A DNA stretch of 64,000 nucleotides, taken from an uncultured Bacteroidia bacterium. Lineage in GTDB: Bacteria; Bacteroidota; Bacteroidia; Bacteroidales; F082. The stretch spans positions 4,772 through 68,771 of the forward strand of contig CADCIH010000008.1 of NCBI GenBank assembly GCA_902801465.1. Direction: 5' to 3'. Under the pieces are notes generated by a model. The model searched no databases. It saw only the letters and a list, made by a program, of their open reading frames with translations, and was not told where the DNA came from. Position 1 is the stretch's first letter. Each line of letters starts with the position of its first letter. Made by a program: the position numbers and the translations under genes. Shown here piece after piece: positions 36,767 through 45,541 of this stretch.

Positions 36767-38335
36767 TTAATCGTCAGTTATTCCATGTTCATACGTCGTT
36801 GACTCTTCCAACGACACTCCCCTATATGCCTCTTCAACGATGGCAAAAAGCGTCCTGTAGGAAATCAGCGGGATTCTCCTGTCGTCACTTCCGCACAGCG
36901 CCAATCCAAGTGCGGTTGATAACATGGGGATCTTGTTTGACACTTCCAAAGCATCATCTATAGAGTAACTATTCAACAATGCAGAGCCCATATGTATTAC
37001 ATCGGTAAAGCCCATATACGGCTTGCGTAACTCAGGTATCATTGAACCGCCCCCAGTGAAAACGACAGGTCTTTTTGTGACAATATCGGTTGCTTCGCTT
37101 TGTTTGACTCCAATACTTTGTGCATGGTGTTTTATCTTCATCGAAAAGTAATCCATCCTGTTTTCAACCGCTTTGAAGTGTGCGTCTAGCCCATCTTTTT
37201 CAATGGCATTTACGCCATAGGGTATCGATACGTAGTCAAAGATCTTCACTTCATCGCCAAGTGGAGCCACAAAGATACTTATATCCGTAGTACCACCGCC
37301 AATATCCACCACAGCGTTTACTCCCGTTCCAAATCGTTTCTGCATCGCTAATGGATTAAGGTTGGCGTAGGCTTCCGGGAACACAAATATTTGGTTATCC
37401 TCTTTGGCTGTCTCAGTAAACTCTTTGATGCGAGTTACGCTCTTTAGTTCATCAAGGGTAGCCGCCAAAAACAGTTCCTTATCGTGCTCAAAAACATTCT
37501 CAATCAAGTCATACACCGTCAGGATAATCTGGGTCGCCCTCCGCTTGTTTGTATCCCAATTCTTTTGTCCGCTCGATGTGCCCATGCTGACAATAAGGTT
37601 TTGGGTTCCATATTCCGCATCCAAGTCAAAAAACACAAAACACAGATACCAGATTGACACCAACATTGGATCCAAGTCAAACCGCCATTCAAAACCATCC
37701 GAAAACACCATTTGCTTAAAACTTCTGAATGTCGCCGGAATCATTTCTTGTTCCCTATGCTCATATTCCTCCCATATCCGCATCCTGCGTTCATAATCAT
37801 TCCGAAGCCTCTCATTAAACGCATCCACTTCTTGTTTGTCCTGGGCGATATCTTTGTCCCGTTGAATGCATTTTCTTTCATACTCTGCTTTGGCTTCCTC
37901 ATATAGTTCCATCTCTATCTTGCGACGCCATGCTTCTTTCTCAAGCTGTTTTTTGTTCTCAAGTGCTTGTCTCAAATCTGAGAAGGCTGAAATCGTATTC
38001 TTCTTTTTCTTTTGATTGCCATCAGCAGGAGCTTCCGGCCTTTTAGGTTCTGGAAACTGTTTGTATTTGCGATATACCGGCATCTCCGGCCTTTCCGGTG
38101 CTTTGTCTTTTGCTACCGCCACAACCATAGCCGCATCGTCTATATCGACAAAACCATACGAAAGAGTGTTGTCTTTATTAATCTGAACTACTGACGGAAA
38201 AACAAAACCTGGATCGCCGTTCTGGTCCCGAAATCTATGGAACAAATATCTCCTATTCCTTTTGTCCGAACTATCCTCAATACATATCTTGGTATAGTGA
38301 GTTCCAAAATCCAAACCAACTTTTACAGCAGCCAT
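36767..38335 (-). CDS. Hsp70/actin-fold (ASKHA) ATPase with a large charged coiled-coil insertion
   Basis: Phosphate-1 motif VGLDFGTHYTKICI, phosphate-2 motif VVDIGGGTTDISIF and adenosine motif VFTGGGSMIPELRK. An insertion of about 110 aa is K/E/R-rich (aa ~95-205). Confidence 0.75.
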   Translation of the reverse strand: MAAVKVGLDFGTHYTKICIEDSSDKRNRRYLFHRFRDQNGDPGFVFPSVVQINKDNTLSYGFVDIDDAAMVVAVAKDKAPERPEMPVYRKYKQFPEPKRPEAPADGNQKKKKNTISAFSDLRQALENKKQLEKEAWRRKIEMELYEEAKAEYERKCIQRDKDIAQDKQEVDAFNERLRNDYERRMRIWEEYEHREQEMIPATFRSFKQMVFSDGFEWRFDLDPMLVSIWYLCFVFFDLDAEYGTQNLIVSMGTSSGQKNWDTNKRRATQIILTVYDLIENVFEHDKELFLAATLDELKSVTRIKEFTETAKEDNQIFVFPEAYANLNPLAMQKRFGTGVNAVVDIGGGTTDISIFVAPLGDEVKIFDYVSIPYGVNAIEKDGLDAHFKAVENRMDYFSMKIKHHAQSIGVKQSEATDIVTKRPVVFTGGGSMIPELRKPYMGFTDVIHMGSALLNSYSIDDALEVSNKIPMLSTALGLALCGSDDRRIPLISYRTLFAIVEEAYRGVSLEESTTYEHGITDD

Positions 38336-38336
38336 A

Positions 38337-41300
38337 TCAGATTATTTTTATCAAGTTCAACATCATTAGTTTATCGGAAACGGTTGGTTCGCTAACCGAA
38401 TCCAATTCCTGTAACCTCAGCACAAGGTCATCTTTAAGTTTTCTCAGCTGACCCCTACGGGCAGGCAACACTCTTTCAAGGTTTGCCTTCTTTTCCAACA
38501 GAGTCCCCTCGCTCCCATCTTCAAAGAAATCATATGTTGAATCACCCCTTCCTTCGCCAATTAAAATGTCACAAACCCTGATGTTGGTTTCAAACCTTTC
38601 GATGGTCTCCTCTTCATCTTTAATCTGCTTTTTATACCTCGCTTCAATTCCGTTCCGTTGATGCTCAATGTCGTTCCTTTGCTTCCTCGAAACGATTTCC
38701 TTATAATCATTTCTGTAGTCCCTTATCGAATCCGCGAAACAAGACCTCATATCATCTACAGCCTTCTCGTCGGGACGATAGACATCCTTCGAATCCCATG
38801 GCAATCCCGAAGTTTGGACGGATCTGTAAACGGCATCCACAAACTCCTGGTCTGCCACTATGTCCATTCTTCCAACATCATACAAAACGGGATGCACCTC
38901 TTGCGTTTTCCTTGATTGTCCATACCTGAATGATTCCGTGACAACATTATAAATAGCTAAAACGTAATAGCCTTTGTTTATCGCCATCCCTTCTTCAGTA
39001 TTCATATCAGAGCATTTAAGTTGATAGCGAAATACGCCAGCTTCTTTTTCAACCTGTTCTTTAATTTTTTCTTTGGCTACAATCACGAAAGGATGGTAAA
39101 TACTTAGATATGGTATGGCTCGATTGGTTTCGGCTACTTCCTGGCTAAAAGTCACCTTGAACGACGATTTGTCCCGAATGGTATTGACAAAGCCCTTGAT
39201 CATGTCACCATTTTCACCTCGGAGTGTGGTGTAGGTATTCAACAGGTTTACAATTACCTTCGGCTGGCTCTGGGGAACGGAAATTGAAACCAATCCATCT
39301 TTGTTGGCCTCACTTATGGTACACGTAGGAAGTGTCTGCTTGAAAAGCATCCTAACATAGTTCTCAAGTTCCTGTTCTGTGACGTATGCTTTATTGTTGA
39401 TGATGGCATTCAAATGGTCGCGCAAATAGGAGTCGCTGGTGAAAGTGGTTGATAACTCCCTTTCTATTTTTTTCGAATCTTCCATATTGCGTTGCAGCGC
39501 CCTGTCAATTCGCGTCAGCTTTTCTTCCCGTTCCTGCTCCGTTAGTTCTATACGATACAGGTTGCTCTCTAACTCATCGGCTATAGTGGTATTTTCATCT
39601 AGCCTTTGGCTCAAAATAGGTTCCAGGTCACCTATGGTCCTTCTAAATTCTTCTATTCTTTCCTGTAACCTGCTGTGTATCCTTTCCTGAACCGTACCTT
39701 TCACAAGCATGTTATAGATGTGGATAATCTTCGATTGTTGACCGATTCTGTCAATTCTACCGATTCGTTGTTCAACAACCATGGGATTCCATGGCAGGTC
39801 ATAGTTTACAATGGTATCGCAGAATTGCATGTCAAGACCTTCGCCACCAACCTCTGTCGATAGCAAAACCGTAACAGATTTGTCTTTCTTAAACTCGTCC
39901 ACTGCATTGATACGGCTTAACCTGTCGAGCATTTTACCGCTGATAACACGGTAACCGATTTTATTCATGGCAAACCTTGCAGCCAAATAGTTGATCGTAC
40001 TATGGAAATGGGCGAATACTATGACTTTCCCGTTACCCTTAGTCTGGTTCTCATGTATAATCCGCATCAGTGCATCATACTTGGAATCAACCAAGCCTTC
40101 ATAGTTATAGGTATCGCTATCGTTGGCATAAAGACTACTGGCTATCATCTGTTGGTGCGTGGAACTCGCTAGTGGCGACAGACCTTTAAGGTCATCCATA
40201 AACATATCAAACAGCTCTTGTTCGTCCTTGTTCAATTCAACCTTGACGGTTATCGTGTCTCGCTTCGCTTGTGAAAGATCGGTCGTAACGTCCACCTTTC
40301 GTGTTCTTGACATAATGGAACTCAACGGATTGATGTCATACAAATCGCTTTGAATCAAAGTCCTTTGTTTTGGTGTGTCCTCCCCTTTTAGTTTTTCCAT
40401 CAGAGGCTCAAACAGCGGCAATCTCCTTACATAATCATCCTCGTCAATCATATCATCCAACCCCTTCCTTATCTCCTCAAACGAAGCATTCCCGTTAAGG
40501 CTATTAAGCGCCCACACAAAAGGTTCGTTATGCCTTGACTCATCTTCAAAGACGGATTCACTATCATAGCGTTGACTGTTTAGTAGGTTGAGCAGATGAT
40601 AAAGATTCGTCCGTCCAAGCATAATGGGTGTTGCCGTAAGGAACACTGCCGACTGGGCGTGACGCAACAACCGCTCTATGGCGTCATGCTGCTTGGTATT
40701 GGCATTGCGTACCCTATGTGCCTCATCACACACTACCAAGCTGAATTGATATCCCAAGTCCTCTACCTCTTTGACCACGCTCTTTTTCTTTGTATCCCGT
40801 AACGTATCGTATGAAATAATGCCTCGGGCGTTTCCATTATGCGATCTCAATTCTTTCAATAGCTCATCTTTTTTGTCGTATATTTGAAACATCAAGCCAA
40901 ACCTATCCTCAAGTTCCCCTTGCCATTTGTTTCTTAATCCTCCAGGGCAAACCACCAATACATTCTTCAGCTCATTCCTGGCTTTCAACTCAAGCATGAT
41001 ATGGCCGGCCTCAATGGTTTTACCCAAACCCACTTCATCAGCGATAAGCAGCCTCTGAAGGTCCGAGTTTAAGAACTTCATTAATGGGATGTACTGGTAG
41101 GTCTTGAACATCGTCCTCGATGCCTTAATGGACGACAATGTGTTATTGCTCGAGTTCTCAATCTTAAATGTCGTGTTGAACACCTGAAAGTCGTTGTACC
41201 CCTTAAAATCCCCAAGAACACATCGATCGAATAAATCTTTCACTTCGACAAACCGTTCCAGGTCTCTTTCCGTTACATCTCTGATATCCTCTTGACCAAA

Positions 41301-41411
41301 AAAAACACTATATTTTTGATCGCCTCTTACATGAGGCAATACCTTGACAACTGTTCCTCTTTGGTTGGTATTGATGTCGGTTACAACATCACCTATATTA
41401 AACTCGGCCAT
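38337..41411 (-). CDS. SNF2-family helicase, RapA/HepA-like, with an SH3/Tudor-like N-terminus and an uncharacterised C-terminal domain of about 420 aa
   Basis: Motif I ADEVGLGKTIEAG, II LVVCDEAHRVRN, III FLTATPI, and V/VI LLSTEVGGEGLDMQ...NYDLPWNPMVVEQRIGRIDRIGQ. The N-terminus reads FNIGDVVTD...RGTVVKVL. Confidence 0.85.
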   Translation of the reverse strand: MAEFNIGDVVTDINTNQRGTVVKVLPHVRGDQKYSVFFGQEDIRDVTERDLERFVEVKDLFDRCVLGDFKGYNDFQVFNTTFKIENSSNNTLSSIKASRTMFKTYQYIPLMKFLNSDLQRLLIADEVGLGKTIEAGHIMLELKARNELKNVLVVCPGGLRNKWQGELEDRFGLMFQIYDKKDELLKELRSHNGNARGIISYDTLRDTKKKSVVKEVEDLGYQFSLVVCDEAHRVRNANTKQHDAIERLLRHAQSAVFLTATPIMLGRTNLYHLLNLLNSQRYDSESVFEDESRHNEPFVWALNSLNGNASFEEIRKGLDDMIDEDDYVRRLPLFEPLMEKLKGEDTPKQRTLIQSDLYDINPLSSIMSRTRKVDVTTDLSQAKRDTITVKVELNKDEQELFDMFMDDLKGLSPLASSTHQQMIASSLYANDSDTYNYEGLVDSKYDALMRIIHENQTKGNGKVIVFAHFHSTINYLAARFAMNKIGYRVISGKMLDRLSRINAVDEFKKDKSVTVLLSTEVGGEGLDMQFCDTIVNYDLPWNPMVVEQRIGRIDRIGQQSKIIHIYNMLVKGTVQERIHSRLQERIEEFRRTIGDLEPILSQRLDENTTIADELESNLYRIELTEQEREEKLTRIDRALQRNMEDSKKIERELSTTFTSDSYLRDHLNAIINNKAYVTEQELENYVRMLFKQTLPTCTISEANKDGLVSISVPQSQPKVIVNLLNTYTTLRGENGDMIKGFVNTIRDKSSFKVTFSQEVAETNRAIPYLSIYHPFVIVAKEKIKEQVEKEAGVFRYQLKCSDMNTEEGMAINKGYYVLAIYNVVTESFRYGQSRKTQEVHPVLYDVGRMDIVADQEFVDAVYRSVQTSGLPWDSKDVYRPDEKAVDDMRSCFADSIRDYRNDYKEIVSRKQRNDIEHQRNGIEARYKKQIKDEEETIERFETNIRVCDILIGEGRGDSTYDFFEDGSEGTLLEKKANLERVLPARRGQLRKLKDDLVLRLQELDSVSEPTVSDKLMMLNLIKII

Positions 41412-41471
41412 AATCTTTTCAGTTCTTATTCATTTGCAAATAAACAACAAACAGGTTCAGTCATATTAAAC

Positions 41472-42479
41472 CTATTTTCCATACAAATCAAAAGCTTTGG
41501 TTAAACGTTCTTTTATTCTGTCTTGAAGCTCTTGTGGTTCAAGCACCATAATACCTTCACCGTACGACAGCAACTGTTGCTGCAACTCGAAGTTCAAATA
41601 AACCTCAATGGTGATGATGGCACCGCTGTCGTCAACGCTAAGCACATGCTGTGACCCATGGAGAGGTTTGGTCATGATGTAAGGCCATGTTTCGGGCGAT
41701 ACCCACAGCTTTATAAGCCGGGGTTCTTTCCTGGAGTCTTTGGACACACCGATCATTTCATCGAAATAATCAAAGAAATCAACATCAGTAGGACGATATG
41801 GCTCAGAAGAGTCATCGATGGCAACAATGCGGTCGAAAGCATAGTTGGCCATAAAGTCAGCCTCGGCATTCCAGGCAATCAGGAACCAACGCTTGTTGTA
41901 CTGCTTAAGGTAATAGGGATGAACCGTGATGGTCCTTTGTTCGCTATGCCCAAAACCTTTATAGGTCAGGCGAAGAGCCCGCTTGTCAATAATGGCATTG
42001 AAAAGTGGCGTAAAGTGTTCCATTCCCTTCAGATCAAGATTCTCGTCGAATCCCACCACCTCCTCCGTCGGCACCTCATCAATCTTCAGCGATGCGCCCA
42101 ACCTATCGGCAATCTCAGTAATCCAATCGAATTGCGGCATCCCACGAAAACGCTTCAGTAGGCTAAGGGTTTGTATGAGTTGTACCGTTTCATCGGGTTT
42201 CAGCAGCGACCTATAGATGGAAAAATCAGGGTCGGCGTAATGGTAATAAATATTCCTCCCCTCACGGTAATGCTCAACCGCCGCTCCCGGATAAATCCGC
42301 TCAATCTGCTCGATATCGTTGCGGATGGTATTCATTGCAGTGATGGGCTGAAAGTCTCTCCTCTCAAGCTCTCGGTTGCACAATTCGAACATCTCCGCCG
42401 TAGAGTAATCGCGGTTGCGGTCGCTCAAGCAGCGGTCAATGACCTTGATGCGCAAATCGGAACTTTTGGAATTAGGCAT
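41472..42479 (-). CDS. HTH plus WYL-domain transcriptional regulator (BrxR/CapW-like architecture)
   Basis: N-terminal wHTH-like region. WYL region TITVHPYYLKQYNKRWFLIAW. C-terminal extension domain. Confidence 0.8.
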   Translation of the reverse strand: MPNSKSSDLRIKVIDRCLSDRNRDYSTAEMFELCNRELERRDFQPITAMNTIRNDIEQIERIYPGAAVEHYREGRNIYYHYADPDFSIYRSLLKPDETVQLIQTLSLLKRFRGMPQFDWITEIADRLGASLKIDEVPTEEVVGFDENLDLKGMEHFTPLFNAIIDKRALRLTYKGFGHSEQRTITVHPYYLKQYNKRWFLIAWNAEADFMANYAFDRIVAIDDSSEPYRPTDVDFFDYFDEMIGVSKDSRKEPRLIKLWVSPETWPYIMTKPLHGSQHVLSVDDSGAIITIEVYLNFELQQQLLSYGEGIMVLEPQELQDRIKERLTKAFDLYGK

Positions 42480-42538
42480 AGAAGCCTCCTTCCGTGAGGT
42501 AAAAATGGTTCATTTGTATCTAGGCTTTAAACAGCCTT

Positions 42539-42546
42539 CAAAGGTA
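42539..42546 (-). promoter_or_regulatory. -7 promoter box (TACCTTTG) upstream of the WYL gene
   Basis: Reverse complement of caaaggta, about 60 nt upstream of the ATG at 42479. Confidence 0.45.
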
Positions 42547-42709
42547 CAAATAATCCCCCGAAAATCCCACATTTTTTTGAAACCTCGGTTCAGGTGAGGT
42601 TGTTGCTATATTGAAAATGTTATTTATTTTATAACAAATTAATATGTAATAAACAATATCTTTGAAAAGTTTTGATTAACTTTGCAGGTGAAATTATAAT
42701 AATTAAACC

Positions 42710-43111
42710 ATGAAACAGATAGAATCTATAAAAATTGGTCGGTTAAGATTTACCATTGCCAAGAAAATAAATCGAAAGTGCGCCGATATATATTTATCCT
42801 CTAATTATCAGAAGCATATTGAGCGTCGACACAAAAAAGAATTGGAACAAATAGGCCTATCGGCGGTTGACTTCGTTAAAACAGTGGCAAAAGGTTTCAA
42901 CCAAATACGAGAAGGAACAGGCATTTCGATTCTTTTAGTGATTTTTAATGATGATTTGAACTATACTGCTGGAATAGATTTATCGTTATCTGGCGACCAT
43001 TGGGAAGTGAAAACAGCGGAACCCAGAAGAAGAGAGGATATTGAAAAAAGAAAACTCCTATGGGAGAAACAGCACACGTTTTCAGCGAATCGCCGCCGTT
43101 CGCTTCCTTAA
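42710..43111 (+). CDS. Hypothetical protein, possibly a PBECR-type (barnase/EndoU/colicin-like) nuclease fold
   Basis: It lies divergent from the WYL gene, with a taactttg box at about 42678. IYLSSNYQKHIERRHKKELEQIG resembles the H..RH core of PBECR domains. The last dozen or so codons run into GC-rich flanking DNA. Confidence 0.35.
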   Translation: MKQIESIKIGRLRFTIAKKINRKCADIYLSSNYQKHIERRHKKELEQIGLSAVDFVKTVAKGFNQIREGTGISILLVIFNDDLNYTAGIDLSLSGDHWEVKTAEPRRREDIEKRKLLWEKQHTFSANRRRSLP

Positions 43112-43306
43112 ACATCTCAGGCCATTTCGGCGGTCTGCCTGAGATTAGTGCTTGGAGCCATAGGAGTTTTCCAATGCTGCAAAAATACAAAAAAAAACAT
43201 TCACTACAATATTTTCATTAAAAATCAATAAAACAAAGCATGGAATAAAAAAGTTTTATATCTTTGCAGCGTCATTTGGAGGAATTCGCAGAAAGGACGA
43301 CAACCT

Positions 43307-44122
43307 TTATGGCCTTCGGGTCGTTTCGAGCCTCAACTTAAACGCCAAATAATTGCCCTGGTCTTTCTTGGAAGTGTAAACGGCGAACTCGATCGTACTG
43401 AAATGGCTCAGCAACTCGGGAACGACTAACTGGTAAGCCGATGCCACCACATTGGGATCGTTTCGGAACGCGCCGCAGCCAAAAGCACCCAAAATCAGCA
43501 CCTCAGCGCCATTCTGGGCCGCCACAGCCATAATCCTTCGGGCACGCCGCTCGTGGATGGCAAACAACGCCTCAGAGCTAATCTCATACTCAAACAGATT
43601 GGGTGCCGCACAGGTGATCACATCCACAACGAAAGGCTCCGACAACAGGTTGTAATCGTCGTCCTTGATCACCACCACACCAGGGGTGTAGATGATGTCG
43701 TCGTTGTGAAGCGGATTGCGAGCGGCACGGTGCGGCGCATAAAACCGCTCCCACATCGCCTTGTCCTTCAAGCATGGATACAGCGTCGAAACCCTGCAGA
43801 GACACTCCTCCTGGGCCGAAGCGCCCGTTTCGACACCACCGCCAGGCGAGGTGGACGAAGCGAAGTTCAACACCGCCACCTTCTTTCCACGGTAGTTTGC
43901 CGCGGCCTCGAACGAACGGTTATGGGTCACCAGCACCTTGGCAGGCTCCACATAACGAGGCACACCGGCATCGATCTGCTCCCCCTCGGGAACGAATACT
44001 TGTTTGGTGATGCTGTCCTTTACCGCCATCTGCAGCTCCGGATTGCTCTTGACACGCGACATGGTATCCCTAAACACCGATACCAGCTGTTTCTTTCTTT
44101 CAAAATAGGATGAGTAGCTCAT
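43307..44122 (-). CDS. TIGR02452-family macrodomain (microbial PARG-like) protein
   Basis: Motifs VAVLNFASSTSPGGGVETGASAQEECLCR, VITCAAPN and LILGAFGCGAFRNDP. Confidence 0.75.
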   Translation of the reverse strand: MSYSSYFERKKQLVSVFRDTMSRVKSNPELQMAVKDSITKQVFVPEGEQIDAGVPRYVEPAKVLVTHNRSFEAAANYRGKKVAVLNFASSTSPGGGVETGASAQEECLCRVSTLYPCLKDKAMWERFYAPHRAARNPLHNDDIIYTPGVVVIKDDDYNLLSEPFVVDVITCAAPNLFEYEISSEALFAIHERRARRIMAVAAQNGAEVLILGAFGCGAFRNDPNVVASAYQLVVPELLSHFSTIEFAVYTSKKDQGNYLAFKLRLETTRRP

Positions 44123-44194
44123 ATTATTTCTTTTGATTCTATCGCTCTATACACTGACAAAGATAGGAAAAAAATGATAACTTTGCAGCCAATC

Positions 44195-45430
44195 ATGCAC
44201 ATCCTTTCGAAATCGACATACATCAAAGGCCTTCAATGCGAGAAGGCGTTGTACCTCACCAAGAAACATCCTTATCTGCGCGACAGGCTCAGCATCGAAC
44301 AACGGGCCAAGTTCCAACGCGGGACCGACGTGGGCATACTGGCACACCAGTATTTCCCGGGAGGCGTCAACATGGCACCCAACTCGCCTTCGCAGTTTCC
44401 AAAAAAGGTGGTGGAGACCATGCAAAACCTCAACAACCCCGCCGTCAACGTGATGTACGAAGCGGTGTTCCAACACAACGACACCCTCGTGATGGTCGAC
44501 CTGTTGGTGCGCGACGGTGACCAGTGGCGGGCCATCGAGGTGAAGAGCTCGCTCAGACTCAGCCAGACCTACTACAACGATGCGGCCCTGCAATACTACG
44601 TGCTCAACGGCTGCGGCGTACCCCTCTCCGACTTCATGCTGATGCACCTCGACGGCGACTACGTCAAAGAAGGACCCATCGACGTGAAGAGGCTGTTCAA
44701 GTTGGTGTCGGTCATCGACTTCGCCAAGGAGCAGGAGCCCATCATCGCCGCCAACGTGGATCGTCTGAAAAATGTGGTCGCCCTCCCCCACGCCCCTCAA
44801 GTGGCAGTGGGTCCGCACTGCCGTGAGCCATACCCTTGTGATTTCTTCGGCCACTGTTGGAAGAACATCCCGCAGGAAAACCCCGATATCCCTTTCACCA
44901 TCGACTACAAGGCGCTGTTTGCCCAAGCCCCTCAACCCCGACCTCGCAACATCGCTGTTCTGAGCCTCTTGCACCACTACCCCGCCGTTCCCGAACTCGA
45001 CGGCACCCGACCCTACCAGGAGATGCTCCTCGCCTTCGTCCTCAGCGGCGACCAAGAACCCGACGGCCACACCTTTTGGAATTGCATCGACGACCATAGC
45101 CGATGGCACGAAGGACCCGAACTACTTGAAACACTGATGTCAAGGTATGATCTGGTGGTCACTTTCTCTCCTTCTCCGGTCCATGGTTTAAAAATTTTTA
45201 ACCTATACGAAGTACTCCAAAACGCCCAGATGTTTCATCCCCTCCTGAAAAAAGGAATGAGTTTACAACACACCTTCGAGGCAGTGTTTCACGGGGCTAA
45301 ACTCTTTGAACACAGCAGGATAATTGTTGAAGCCCTTGCACAGGATTTGACAAGTTATGAACAAGTGAAAGAAGATTTAATTGCTGAAAACGAAGCGATT
45401 AAGGATATTTATCAACATTTTTTCAAATAA
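44195..45430 (+). CDS. DUF2779 (RecB/Cas4-like PD-(D/E)xK) domain protein
   Basis: LSKSTYIKGLQCEKALYL opening and the Cys cluster CREPYPCDFFGHCW. Start moved to the ATG at 44195 because a taactttg box lies at 44178-44185. Confidence 0.65.
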   Translation: MHILSKSTYIKGLQCEKALYLTKKHPYLRDRLSIEQRAKFQRGTDVGILAHQYFPGGVNMAPNSPSQFPKKVVETMQNLNNPAVNVMYEAVFQHNDTLVMVDLLVRDGDQWRAIEVKSSLRLSQTYYNDAALQYYVLNGCGVPLSDFMLMHLDGDYVKEGPIDVKRLFKLVSVIDFAKEQEPIIAANVDRLKNVVALPHAPQVAVGPHCREPYPCDFFGHCWKNIPQENPDIPFTIDYKALFAQAPQPRPRNIAVLSLLHHYPAVPELDGTRPYQEMLLAFVLSGDQEPDGHTFWNCIDDHSRWHEGPELLETLMSRYDLVVTFSPSPVHGLKIFNLYEVLQNAQMFHPLLKKGMSLQHTFEAVFHGAKLFEHSRIIVEALAQDLTSYEQVKEDLIAENEAIKDIYQHFFK

Positions 45431-45541
45431 ACCCCTGTTCATAACTTCCGACATTTTTCCCCTTTCGGAACAGGGATTATGTTGTACTTTTGTAATGCGA
45501 AAAGCAAACGAGTTTTTCACCTTTTTTACGAGATACATACC

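Larger units (their letters stand above)
25290..43070. other. Defence island (approximate bounds): nine co-oriented minus-strand genes plus one divergent plus-strand gene at the right edge
   Basis: Compositional break on both sides. Contents are WYL, SNF2, an Hsp70-fold ATPase, hsdMSR and a KAP NTPase. No integrase or flanking repeat was found. Confidence 0.6.

Noticed and set aside
43259-43266. A plus-strand TATCTTTG promoter-like box with no downstream plus-strand gene. It faces the 3' end of the minus-strand TIGR02452 gene and could drive an antisense RNA.
   Set aside because: It is a single 8-nt motif match that could arise by chance or be a relic of rearrangement at the island border. 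Only a 10-codon ORF follows.
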